Positions 20,901 through 29,592 of a DNA stretch of 64,000 bases are shown here, piece after piece (the stretch's first letter is position 1; each line of letters begins with the position of its first letter). Below the pieces are notes generated by a model, which was not told the DNA's origin, ran no database searches, and worked only from the letters and a program-made list of their open reading frames with translations. The DNA comes from a virus (lineage: Duplodnaviria; Heunggongvirae; Uroviricota; Caudoviricetes): positions 738 to 64,737 of the IMG/VR virus record IMGVR_UViG_3300047388_000185. One strand, given 5' to 3'. The position numbers and the translations under genes are program-made.

Positions 20901-23900
20901 CCTCCATTTGCATCCGTAAATACCAGTCCAATAGCGAATGTATAAGCGGAAACTCCTCCTCCAAACGGAAGGGTGTCCATTGCGACATAGAATTGGTCCG
21001 TAGGTAAAATGGAAAACGGGGTTCCATAGAAATTGTCTCTGGATTCGAACTGGAGAGCGGTCGAGGAAACTGATCCGGTCGGCCAAAATACAGCGCCAGT
21101 AATAGACGTGGGAGCGACATTACTTGCCGTCCAACCATCCGCAGAATTACCCTTACCGTTAAAGACGAGATTTTGAAAATCCGATAGAACAAGCTTCGAA
21201 GCAGTGACGGATCCAGCGGCTAGCTTAGTAGTATTGATGGACCCAACTGAGATAGCTGCGGCCCCGACAGTACCGGTAACTAGGAGATTTCCGTCGAGAA
21301 CTTGGGTAACCACGACCCAGGAAGTTCCATTCCAGAACCGGGTCTGAGAGAAGCCAACTGAGCTGTTAGACTCAACCACTTGATCATTTAGGACCGGACC
21401 TCCACCTCCTGATGAAGCGGTATTGGCCAGCGAATCACTCCAGGTTGCCGTCACTCCGCCGAGGGTGACATAGAATGTCTGAGATCCACGTTGCCCATTA
21501 GAGCCGTTCGTCCCATTTACCCCATTTGTCCCGGCAGCTCCAGCCGCAGCGAAAGTGAACGAAGTCGATGCATTCAATACGCCGAAAGAGGCATCGAGCG
21601 CTAGTTTTAAACCCGCTCCGACTGCAAGGGTGCGGACGATAGTACCGTTCAATGTGTAGTAAACATTGGCATTGTCGTATCGAACTCCGAGAACGTCTCC
21701 AGTAGAAACTGCACCGAAATTACCCCGATACGTTCCACTTTCGTAGATCTGCATGATATTCGAGCTGACCGTGACTGCGTAGTCAATTCCGGCATAGCCA
21801 GTACCACCGCTAGTCAACGGATCAGTATTCAGACCTGCAACGATATTGTCTGTACCGTTGACAGCCATCGTCATCTGGGCACCATTCGAATAGGACTGCG
21901 AGGTATACACCTGGCCGTTATACGTGTTGCCACCTGCCGTCTTAGTTACGGTCGCACCATTGACTGTCATGTTCGCATTGGGAACTAGCGTAAACATGCT
22001 GGCGCCCGGAGCACCGTCTTGAGCTAAGAGGCTGACCGTAGCCCATTCACCTGTGGCAATCGTATCTGTCGCCCCTGTGGCTAGGGCAGTGGCAGTGGTC
22101 ATCCACCGATAGATTCCCCCAGTAGGTACCAAACTCTGGCTCCAACCATTATTGACGCCGGCTGCCAAGCCCGTTGCAAAGGTATACGTCACAGTGGCGG
22201 AGGGGACCGATGGAGCAGTAGATGTAGCCGTTCTCTGGAACAAGTAGACCGTAGCGGCGTTCAATGCAGCGGTTCCATTCTGAGCCAAGACTACTGGAGT
22301 AGCCCACTCACCTGTGGCGATAGTATCAGTCGTACCACTAGCAGCGGCTGTCGCCGATGTTACGTAGATGGGATCCGTACCTGCTGGGATAGTAGCCAGC
22401 CATCCATTAGTCAGGCCGGTAACACTAGCTGTAGCAAAGGTATAGGTAACTGTAGCACTTGGAACAGAAGGGGAAGAAGTAGCCCTCTGGTACACCATAA
22501 CAACCGCATTATTCAATCCATCAGCCCCAGGATTACCCTGAGCTCCAGTACCGCCAGTAGCTCCCGTAGCACCATCCGCAGCTAAAAGTGCGGCCGGAGC
22601 CCATTCGCTGGAATTAATGGTATCAGTGGATGTGTTACTGAGAGCGCTCGCTGTGGTAATCCAACGGTAGGAACCGCCAGAAGTAGGGAGGCTCTGTGTC
22701 CAGCCGTTATTCACCCCCGTTGCAACTCCAGTAGCAAAGGTATACGTAACTGTTGTGCTCGGAAGAGTCGGAGCAGAATTTGTTCCCGTGACCTTGTACA
22801 GGAAGATCGTGGCCGTATTCAACCCCGCAGTACCATCTTGAGCTAACACTACGGGACTAGCCCATTCAGCTGTGCCGATTGTATCAGTACTACCTGCGTT
22901 ACTTGCCGAAGCTATGGTGACGTAAAGAGGGGATGATCCAGTCGGAGGAGTCGAAGTCCATCCATTATTCAGGCCAGTCGTAACTCCAGTTGCGAATGTA
23001 TAGGTAACGGTCGCACTTGGTACTGACGGGAGAGAACTGGCACGTTGATATGCATAGACGATTGCATTGTTCAAGCCGGCCGAACCATCCTGAGAAAGTA
23101 GGCTGGCAGTCGCCCATTCGCTTGGTAAAATGGTATCGGTATCAGTTGTGCTTAGAGCAGTTGCAGTGGTGATCCAGCGATATGATCCCCCTGACGTAGG
23201 CAAACTTTGAACCCAGCCGTTATTCACCCCTGATGCCGTCGCAGTCGAGAATGTGTAAGTAGCTGCTGCACTCGGCAATGCCGGAGGTGTGCTGGTAGAA
23301 GTGACTTTATATAGAAAGATGGTCGATGTATTCAAGCCGGCAGTGCCATTTTGCGCAAAGACAATCGGAGGAGCCCATTCTGCGGGTTGGATAGTATCTG
23401 ATGGATTAACGCTAGAAGCCGATGCGACCGTTACGTAGATGGGATCAGTTCCATCCGGAGGAGTTGATGTCCAACCATTATCCAAGCCAACAGCGACACC
23501 CGTAGTGAACGTGTAAGTTACCACTGCGGTAGGAAGAGAAGGAGCGGTGGCGGAACGTTGATAGGCGTAGACGATTGCGTTATTTAGGCCAACCTGGCCA
23601 TTAGTACCGTCTTGAGCAAGTAAGCTAACTGCTGCCCACTCACTGGCATTGATAACGTCAGTAGATTGACCGCTGGGAGCCAGCGCTGAAGCGGTAGTCA
23701 TCCAACGATACGACCCCCCAGTTGTAGGTAGACTTTGAGTCCATCCATTATCCAATCCGGTTGCGATACCATTGGCAAAAGTATACGTAACTGGAGCATC
23801 TGGAACCGGCGGCGGGGTCGCTGTTGTAGTCCGTTGAAAGAGAAAAATAGATCCTGAACTGATACCATTCTGAGACAAGATAACAGACGTCGCCCATTCG

Positions 23901-24532
23901 CTTGGTGCAATTGTGTCTGTAGGGCCACGAGCACTAGCAACGGCCGAGGTTACGTAAACCGGATCTGTTCCAGGGGGGATGCTTGCTTGCCAGCCATTAG
24001 AGAGCCCAGTGAAGGCACCCGTCGCAAATGTGTAAATAACAGACAGATTCGGAAGGGGAGGAGCTCCTGTATTCGAGCGTTGATAGATGAAGATTCCGGA
24101 GTTATTAAGTCCATCCGTTCCCGCTGGACTACCGTTACCAGTTACCGCCGTAAAGTGGAGACCATCGGTTGAAATGTGGTAGAGAATCGTTGGATCAGTA
24201 TCAGCATAGAAAAGCGCTCCTGGACCCAGTTCCTTATCGGCATGACTTGGTGCTGATGCAATTTGGAATCCGGTACGGCGAACAAGTTTCGCTACAGCCG
24301 TATCCGAACTTTCCAGTAAAAACTGATTGATATGAACGCCAAAAGTCTTGCTATCGTCTAAGTAACACGACAAGTTCCCGTACGCATCCAGAGTCGTTTC
24401 ACCCTGTGAATTAACGATTGTGCCATCTTGCAGCGCAATGAGAGCAGGAGTCGCATTACCAACTTCCAGAATACGAACTCGGAAATTAGCTGAGCTAAGG
24501 CCGTAGGAACCAGTGAACAGGGAATATGCCAT
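17918..24532 (-). CDS. Giant (2204 aa) tail fibre/appendage protein with tandem repeats and carbohydrate-binding-like domains
   Basis: Thr/Gly/Ala-rich; eight repeats; LIVDGAISANKI beta-helix motifs; TTSWQRY..IQIETG CBM-like segment. Confidence 0.75.
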   Translation of the reverse strand: MAYSLFTGSYGLSSANFRVRILEVGNATPALIALQDGTIVNSQGETTLDAYGNLSCYLDDSKTFGVHINQFLLESSDTAVAKLVRRTGFQIASAPSHADKELGPGALFYADTDPTILYHISTDGLHFTAVTGNGSPAGTDGLNNSGIFIYQRSNTGAPPLPNLSVIYTFATGAFTGLSNGWQASIPPGTDPVYVTSAVASARGPTDTIAPSEWATSVILSQNGISSGSIFLFQRTTTATPPPVPDAPVTYTFANGIATGLDNGWTQSLPTTGGSYRWMTTASALAPSGQSTDVINASEWAAVSLLAQDGTNGQVGLNNAIVYAYQRSATAPSLPTAVVTYTFTTGVAVGLDNGWTSTPPDGTDPIYVTVASASSVNPSDTIQPAEWAPPIVFAQNGTAGLNTSTIFLYKVTSTSTPPALPSAAATYTFSTATASGVNNGWVQSLPTSGGSYRWITTATALSTTDTDTILPSEWATASLLSQDGSAGLNNAIVYAYQRASSLPSVPSATVTYTFATGVTTGLNNGWTSTPPTGSSPLYVTIASASNAGSTDTIGTAEWASPVVLAQDGTAGLNTATIFLYKVTGTNSAPTLPSTTVTYTFATGVATGVNNGWTQSLPTSGGSYRWITTASALSNTSTDTINSSEWAPAALLAADGATGATGGTGAQGNPGADGLNNAVVMVYQRATSSPSVPSATVTYTFATASVTGLTNGWLATIPAGTDPIYVTSATAAASGTTDTIATGEWATPVVLAQNGTAALNAATVYLFQRTATSTAPSVPSATVTYTFATGLAAGVNNGWSQSLVPTGGIYRWMTTATALATGATDTIATGEWATVSLLAQDGAPGASMFTLVPNANMTVNGATVTKTAGGNTYNGQVYTSQSYSNGAQMTMAVNGTDNIVAGLNTDPLTSGGTGYAGIDYAVTVSSNIMQIYESGTYRGNFGAVSTGDVLGVRYDNANVYYTLNGTIVRTLAVGAGLKLALDASFGVLNASTSFTFAAAGAAGTNGVNGTNGSNGQRGSQTFYVTLGGVTATWSDSLANTASSGGGGPVLNDQVVESNSSVGFSQTRFWNGTSWVVVTQVLDGNLLVTGTVGAAAISVGSINTTKLAAGSVTASKLVLSDFQNLVFNGKGNSADGWTASNVAPTSITGAVFWPTGSVSSTALQFESRDNFYGTPFSILPTDQFYVAMDTLPFGGGVSAYTFAIGLVFTDANGGVVSYVAGATRNTVTSGFVSIAGSLTAVAGAAYATVWVQIAGPGGSQPFTANGAGHYATNVQVRRMNGGNLIVDGAISANKITANTITAAQISATAGITAGQIDARGLSIKDGSGNVILSAGVPLTSSNITPSAGWINTNVVAGSGNLYQNTDFSLFSSGIPTGFTVYNSTPISITNTVVSSGGAVGTAGYWHMVMNANATSNVGYFLSGGWAGWQQNVDYVWSFYARAPIGGNVTGAGMAPAWNHFPANFTWLQNPSLTTSWQRYVCQVNFGNNTLDANGFMYTALNPNSGVQLDFSCIQIETGLVPSGWAPLQYVDSTGTLRGNPSGAGGVAVNNSNISISSSGTLSGAGGGAVTIGGLGYTGALNASADISLVPRVYAAVAGNSISKTASGGSWDSDVYSKESFTGGAFASAVAPNTSTHTMFGLNTDPLTDSSFTSLDYAWYVQPGGGLVVYQSGAAVLSGLTYVAGDVFTITYDGLNVNYYQNGVLRYGPVLVGSGLKLYFDSSLYDVGLCLTNVRFGPMTNIAPTAGLIQADVATSLGFNPSFSAWAGALPDNWSQWGNSPPIKTVAYNTPGMQYGALYTISSADVTYGSVGMVNSWSNTGAPLSAGTTLTGSYSIQMLNGGTATPGYLIRLFTNSALTTYVDNLVPCPHPGTGGWQKVPWTATAGGAPIYNITIYQMAGWTGFPGGMTTAGMSMVFGPFTFNVDLPVSTAQAASGLINTSITIDGSGNLQGIGSGAGTQVSNSYTLLKASPSILSSTISINAVSGAGFVAGNLTWNGSGARTGGSGVALTPGGLLGTNSSGTTTFSIDASTGNAYFAGLLATGTASQGASSGSISSTATNGGGSSGINTGGLTVLTYVASGNDVLVMYNVNVVIMTNTNTPLQVQFNPMIAGAVYSPSGHLPEWEGALTQSTPMALAAGTGATAYNWGVTLNFCPSFVVPGATIGSGSKLIGFYVAATFRNGSGGGNVVTGSSIYAEGIATVREFKA
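22013..24112 (-). repeat. Eight tandem ~87-aa repeats alternating between two subtypes
   Basis: Units run GLN...VTYTFATG...NNGW...DTI..EWA..LAQDG; odd units contain G-x-x-P-x-YVT, even units GG-x-YRW-x-TT. Confidence 0.9.
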
Positions 24533-24547
24533 GGGGGTATTTTAGAT

Positions 24548-24925
24548 TTACTCTTTCTTCAGAAAGTCGATAATGTCACCAGCAGCTTCAGCTTGTCCAT
24601 TCTCTTTCAGTCGAATCAATAGCTTAGATTTCTTGACGATCTTTGAGTAGTAATCCATGAGTTTCTTTTCCTCTACGCTGTGCTCCTGAGGCTCGACACC
24701 CCACATCAAAGAGATATAAGAATCAAAAGATTTCTTGGTCTTCCCGATCCACTCACGACGATCTGCTCCTTCAGGCATCGAGCCGATAGCAGTATATAAA
24801 GACAATTCTTGTCTTTTGGCTTCAAGCCGTTGTTCGTGGACCAGGTAGTCTCGGTAGACTCGATCCCTGGGGCTACCTAGTGCTGGAACTTCTATTCCAC
24901 GCATATGCAACTTCATTCGTTGCAA
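24548..24925 (-). CDS. Tail assembly chaperone, frameshifted (GT-like) C-terminal part
   Basis: Lies in the -1 frame of the upstream gene and is open from the slippery site at 24943-24949. Confidence 0.65.
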   Translation of the reverse strand: MQRMKLHMRGIEVPALGSPRDRVYRDYLVHEQRLEAKRQELSLYTAIGSMPEGADRREWIGKTKKSFDSYISLMWGVEPQEHSVEEKKLMDYYSKIVKKSKLLIRLKENGQAEAAGDIIDFLKKE

Positions 24926-24939
24926 AGCCCAAGGATGTT

Positions 24940-25470
24940 TTAGAAATTTGCTTCTTCTCGGCAGGCCGCTTGAATCTTAGTATCAAAGTCGCTCATCGCA
25001 GTCAAAAGCATGCCGATGACCGGACCCGCTAGTTGACCGATGAACTCGGAACGGTCTTTCTTGGAAAGGCCCGTAAGATCCTTGCCGTTGAAACTGACCA
25101 AGGCTTGCTCTAGACCGAGAAGCATTCGACGTTGCTCAATCGAAGAGATGAGGGTCAGACCGGCGGAATCCAGAGCGTCCTGGATCTCTCCAACTTGCTT
25201 AGCCGTGCGAGTTGAGAACTTCACGGGAAGTCGGCCTCGGATAATAACTTCTTCAATGTACTCACCAGAGAAGATGATGTCGTCGAAGATTCGGAGAAGT
25301 TCGGTCTGATCGTACTTTTCAGGGGCCGGTATTTCCTTGCTAACAGCTGCAACCTTCTCAGGGGTCTCGGCAGTCACGTCTGAAACTACTTCAGCTAAAG
25401 GCTTTTTAGTAGGCATCGGCTTAACAGAATTCTTGTTGGACTTGGCTGGGATTTCAAAATCATTTGACAT
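24940..25470 (-). CDS. Tail assembly chaperone (G-like)
   Basis: Ends GCA AAT TTC TAA, with an in-register slippery heptamer just before the stop. Confidence 0.65.
   Translation of the reverse strand: MSNDFEIPAKSNKNSVKPMPTKKPLAEVVSDVTAETPEKVAAVSKEIPAPEKYDQTELLRIFDDIIFSGEYIEEVIIRGRLPVKFSTRTAKQVGEIQDALDSAGLTLISSIEQRRMLLGLEQALVSFNGKDLTGLSKKDRSEFIGQLAGPVIGMLLTAMSDFDTKIQAACREEANF
24943..24949 (-). promoter_or_regulatory. -1 ribosomal frameshift heptamer A AAT TTC
   Basis: X XXY YYZ in register; the -1 frame reads ...FLKHPWALQRMKLH into the next ORF. Confidence 0.75.
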
Positions 25471-25494
25471 AGGCGCCTAGTATAACGCAATTCT

Positions 25495-27096
25495 TTAGTA
25501 AGTGAAAGTGGTATCTGGACCAGAATCTTTATCTTGATACGTAAATTGACCGGTATGAACCATTTGAGCCAAGAAAGCAAAGGTTAATGAATGGATAAAA
25601 TCATCCGGAGCATCTTCGTCCTTCTTATAAAGACGTCGACCAGCAAGAGATTCTTCTTCATAGATATGCAGAGCATCAGTCCAGAAGTTGTTCATCAGAT
25701 CCCAGCATGGAGTTTCTATACGGCCGGCACCCATCTTTACCTTGATGACGGCCGTGTCAATTGCCAGAGTTCTATCGGCAGCAAAGAAGTCGCCTTGCTT
25801 GTCGTAGCGAAGGTTAGTCTTGGCAGTAACATACTGCATCATACTGACCTGTTCTTGACCCAAGGCCCGCTTCATTATTTGACCTTGAAGAACGCCGACG
25901 CCTCTATCCGAACCCATATGAGTGCATTTGAAATGCTGAAAGACCATAATGACTCTATCCACCTGGGCAAGGATATCGATACTATTTAGGCGTTGGGCGT
26001 AGAGGACATATGCCTTACCAGCTGAATCAAAGCCCACGACGGTAATGACTGTGAAACTCTTGGCAGAACCTGTGACTGACCAATCCACTCCCAAGACGGT
26101 ATACAGGATATTTCGACTATCTCCGATTTCGGGAAAGCCTCCATCAAACTGAGTCCGTTCGGGATTACAGACGGCCATCACCTGACGGATAGAGAGGGGA
26201 CGACCACCAGCTCCAACTGGAAGTCCAAAGACTTCGTTGCTTAACTTAATCTGGTCGTATTTCGCTACCTTGTCAACTAGTTCAGGCCACTTCTTTGGCG
26301 TCGTGCGTGCAGGAATTGAAAACTGCGGGATGTGAACCCCGATGTGTTCTTTGACTGAAGGTACCCCTGCCATCCACTGGCCGGTTTTCATGTCGAGTAT
26401 ATTTCCACAATGAGGGCAGGCGGGGCCAAGAGGGTTCATGGTCGCCATCTTCAGGCAAGTCTCGAACTCATTAGGGATAGCCCACCGAGCACAGTGAGGG
26501 CATTTGACTACCCACTCCATCATGTTGGAACGTTTGAACAAAATGGTCAGAGTATTCGCTTCTCCTTTAGCCGTACCGGTATATCGACGGAATGAATAGT
26601 CTGAAGCCGAGAGGGTCTCTTCCAAAATAGGGAGGGCTTCTATCGAAGCATCCTGAACTTCGTCATAGAACATTGCGTCTGCTGCGACTCCCCGTACTCG
26701 GTCGGCGTCCTGCTCAGTTTCAGCATACCCCAGGGTTACAGAGGAACCATTACTAAAGGTCTTAGAGAAGACGTTCTTGGTTTCTGTCGAAGTAATGTAA
26801 TGATTCTTGACGATCGCGGAATTACAGAACGGGCCTAGATAGGTCGCGGAGAACCTAGAGGTTTGTTGAGAAAGCGGGGAGATAAACAGGGTCGAGAAAT
26901 GTTCTCTAAGGATACTGTTCGAAATAATGGACGCAGCTAGGGAAACTGACTTACCAATTTGTCGGCCGCAGCAAGCTGTAAGCGTACGAGGAGCAAGATC
27001 GTAGATTAGTTCGAACGGCTTATATTCAGAGAGATTGAGCGGCTTACCCTTAAGTGTCAAGATTGCTTGGGCTAACTGCGAAGGTAGTACTTCCAT
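25495..27096 (-). CDS. terL: Terminase large subunit (start probably MEVLPS at 27096)
   Basis: Walker A CGRQIGKS, Walker B RVRGVAAD..YDEVQD, CPHC..CPHC Zn ribbon, nuclease GVDW..DDFIHS. Confidence 0.88.
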   Translation of the reverse strand: MEVLPSQLAQAILTLKGKPLNLSEYKPFELIYDLAPRTLTACCGRQIGKSVSLAASIISNSILREHFSTLFISPLSQQTSRFSATYLGPFCNSAIVKNHYITSTETKNVFSKTFSNGSSVTLGYAETEQDADRVRGVAADAMFYDEVQDASIEALPILEETLSASDYSFRRYTGTAKGEANTLTILFKRSNMMEWVVKCPHCARWAIPNEFETCLKMATMNPLGPACPHCGNILDMKTGQWMAGVPSVKEHIGVHIPQFSIPARTTPKKWPELVDKVAKYDQIKLSNEVFGLPVGAGGRPLSIRQVMAVCNPERTQFDGGFPEIGDSRNILYTVLGVDWSVTGSAKSFTVITVVGFDSAGKAYVLYAQRLNSIDILAQVDRVIMVFQHFKCTHMGSDRGVGVLQGQIMKRALGQEQVSMMQYVTAKTNLRYDKQGDFFAADRTLAIDTAVIKVKMGAGRIETPCWDLMNNFWTDALHIYEEESLAGRRLYKKDEDAPDDFIHSLTFAFLAQMVHTGQFTYQDKDSGPDTTFTY

Positions 27097-27103
27097 TGCC
27101 GAT

Positions 27104-27140
27104 ATTTTAACACTAAATGAAAAACCCGTCAATTGACGGG
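27104..27140 (-). promoter_or_regulatory. Terminator palindrome CCCGTCAATTGACGGG+T-tract overlapping promoter TTGACG-N17-TAAAAT
   Basis: Perfect 16-bp palindrome at 27125-27140 followed by TTTTT; -10 box at 27104-27109 is 7 nt before the ATG. Confidence 0.65.
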
Positions 27141-27165
27141 CTTCGTGGTGATTCAGATTCAGGAA

Positions 27166-29580
27166 TTAACTGAATTGAACCGTATGGGGAAAGATATTCG
27201 AGGGGGCCGTAGCGCAACTGATAAATACGTAGTTCATACCAGGCGTCAGAGTAATTGTGCAATTGCCTAATGCTCCAGCAACGGTATTATGCGGCGCTGT
27301 AAACGTGTTGGCGGTTCCACCGAGAGGCTGGACACTGATGACCCGATTACTGGTGGACGTGTTATCTCCCATTACCGTACATGTCACAGTCTGTGTCGTC
27401 TCACTCCAGACGCGATAGGTTTGTCCAGTGGAACTTGGGCCCTGATACGAGGCGTAGCCGTAGGGTAGATTGGTGCCGGATAACGCCGGCCAAACACCCC
27501 CAGTAATGACAACGGCCTCATTTCCAACGCAGTCCCATCCGCTGAGAACACAGGGGAACGCATGCTCGGCATACGCACTAGTCGGAGGAGTAAGTGAATC
27601 AACGAGGCCTCGGAACTTCGGACTTTGGCCGCTAGATGGAGTTGTGTAGTCGATTTCATTTGGTGTTTGTCCAAGATTGAAACCGCCATAACCCGTCTGT
27701 GTACCGGCTCCGCATTGATACCACCCGAGCTTGGTGAATCCCAAAGCTTGGAGATTGCGCATCCATTTCAACGTCATGGCTTCGATGTTTGCCCCGTAAT
27801 TCGTGTAGTCTACTTGGTACGCATCTTTAGCCGTACGAACAGCGCCAGATTCACCGGGAGCAGTTGTCAAATCCATACCGATTTCATAACCCCAGGCCTC
27901 GAGACCCTGAGCTCTTACCCAGGAGATAAACGATGTATATTGGTAAGCGCCAAGGGCACTATCAACAACCTGTTGCACCTGAGTATTAATCGCAGCTGAT
28001 GTGACAAGACTAGGATCAGTCTGTGATTTGGTATATCCAAAGCCTGGGTTGATAACACCCTGGGCTGCGCCGAAATACCCGCCAATTGCAATGGCTGTCA
28101 GACGAGTTGAGAGAGCTACTCCGAAGATAGCAGTGATGAATGTATCAACTTTCTTATTACCGAAGAGGTACTGCTGACCAGCTTGAAGAGCTTGGAGGGG
28201 CTTGCAATCGGAGAGTGAACGACCAACAGCAGTGAATGCAGCACGAACTAAGGCTGCCATTTGGAATGTCCGACGAACATGCCAGTAGAAACTCAGGTCA
28301 AAAGCCGAAGCAAGGAACCCTGAGGCGACTAACTGCGTTGAAGCGTCAAGTGCGATAAATCCAGAATTTCCGAGAACAGCAACGCCGGTCACGGTACCGC
28401 CTGTACTAGCTTGACTACAGGGGTAGGTTACAGTGACCGAGTTAATGACTGTAATCGTGGCACCAACCGGGGCAAAACCTGTGAAGCCAGTTTGCGCTCC
28501 GAAAATCTTCATCGTTGTGCCTGAGGTTGCTCCGTGGGCCTGTGCAAATACAACAGTAGCAGTTGTACCGTCACTAGAAAAACTCACAGCGCCCTGACTC
28601 GTACCGATGAATCTATTCCCACTTGTAGCTGCCATAGAACCGTGGCACTCAGTCAGAGCAGCAACACCAGCTTTATGATAGCAGTAGAATCCGCCACCAG
28701 TATTCCACCGTTCGTTGCCAAGTTCAAACGAAGCCCATGTACCAACTGGCATATTTTGAGCAACATATGTAGCAAACTGCGTGATATAATCATCACTGGC
28801 TAATTCACTGATATTGAACCAACCACTTTTATTGGAGGCTATACAAAGTTCAACTTGCCACTCAAGAGGAATACCAGCCATCATACCGTCGAGATCATTT
28901 AGGTGGTAATTGGTCGGGGTACGACGATCCGTCCAGTTAATCACAGAGGGCCAGGTAAACGAGGAAGTCGTTACATAGTCCCCGTTGACCGCTGAGATAT
29001 CCATCATACGACCGTACGAATACGGAACAAGGGTCCGAAGATATTGAGTATTAAATCGAGGGACAGAAGTTCCTGCAATCGCAGTCGCAGAGGTCGTAGG
29101 ATCGTAAACTTTAATATCAGTTACTGCACCGTCAAATACTGGCATCAACGCGGCACTGCGTGCAGTATATGTGAACTGTACTCGCCCCGTTCCAGAGAGA
29201 AAGGTATGAACTGTGATTGAACCGGTGTTCGAATTAACCCAGGTGATATTGCGTTGAATGGAGCTTTGGTATTCCATATACCAAGTTCCAGTAACCGACG
29301 GGTCGTATGCGAATTGACCTACTCCACCTTCTGCTACCTTAATAGAGAACGCAGTAGTAGGCATTCCATTGGCATCCCGTGATCCCGAGGGTAAAAGCGC
29401 ATTTCCCGCAGTGTTGTACATGCCTGCCGCAAGAGCTCGATCGTTGAAAACCCGCATCGTTGTATAGGCATTATCACCTGGCACGTTTTGGCCAAGATCT
29501 GTCTGAGGCCAGTAAAACGACGTTTTGGGAACGTAAGCCCGAAGAATAGAATTCAGTTGAAATCTGCTAATAGTTGTCAT
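27166..29580 (-). CDS. Putative glycoside hydrolase / polysaccharide depolymerase
   Basis: RMMD..WTDR..GIPLEWQVELC..WFN..SDDYI..FELGNERWN and GYEIG, a clan GH-A-like NE and YE pattern. Confidence 0.6.
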   Translation of the reverse strand: MTTISRFQLNSILRAYVPKTSFYWPQTDLGQNVPGDNAYTTMRVFNDRALAAGMYNTAGNALLPSGSRDANGMPTTAFSIKVAEGGVGQFAYDPSVTGTWYMEYQSSIQRNITWVNSNTGSITVHTFLSGTGRVQFTYTARSAALMPVFDGAVTDIKVYDPTTSATAIAGTSVPRFNTQYLRTLVPYSYGRMMDISAVNGDYVTTSSFTWPSVINWTDRRTPTNYHLNDLDGMMAGIPLEWQVELCIASNKSGWFNISELASDDYITQFATYVAQNMPVGTWASFELGNERWNTGGGFYCYHKAGVAALTECHGSMAATSGNRFIGTSQGAVSFSSDGTTATVVFAQAHGATSGTTMKIFGAQTGFTGFAPVGATITVINSVTVTYPCSQASTGGTVTGVAVLGNSGFIALDASTQLVASGFLASAFDLSFYWHVRRTFQMAALVRAAFTAVGRSLSDCKPLQALQAGQQYLFGNKKVDTFITAIFGVALSTRLTAIAIGGYFGAAQGVINPGFGYTKSQTDPSLVTSAAINTQVQQVVDSALGAYQYTSFISWVRAQGLEAWGYEIGMDLTTAPGESGAVRTAKDAYQVDYTNYGANIEAMTLKWMRNLQALGFTKLGWYQCGAGTQTGYGGFNLGQTPNEIDYTTPSSGQSPKFRGLVDSLTPPTSAYAEHAFPCVLSGWDCVGNEAVVITGGVWPALSGTNLPYGYASYQGPSSTGQTYRVWSETTQTVTCTVMGDNTSTSNRVISVQPLGGTANTFTAPHNTVAGALGNCTITLTPGMNYVFISCATAPSNIFPHTVQFS

Positions 29581-29592
29581 GTTGGGGTGATC

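Noticed and set aside
27097-27132. Annotated TTG start of the terminase
   Set aside because: The TTG is the -35 box inside the terminator palindrome; ATG 27096 fits the -10 spacing
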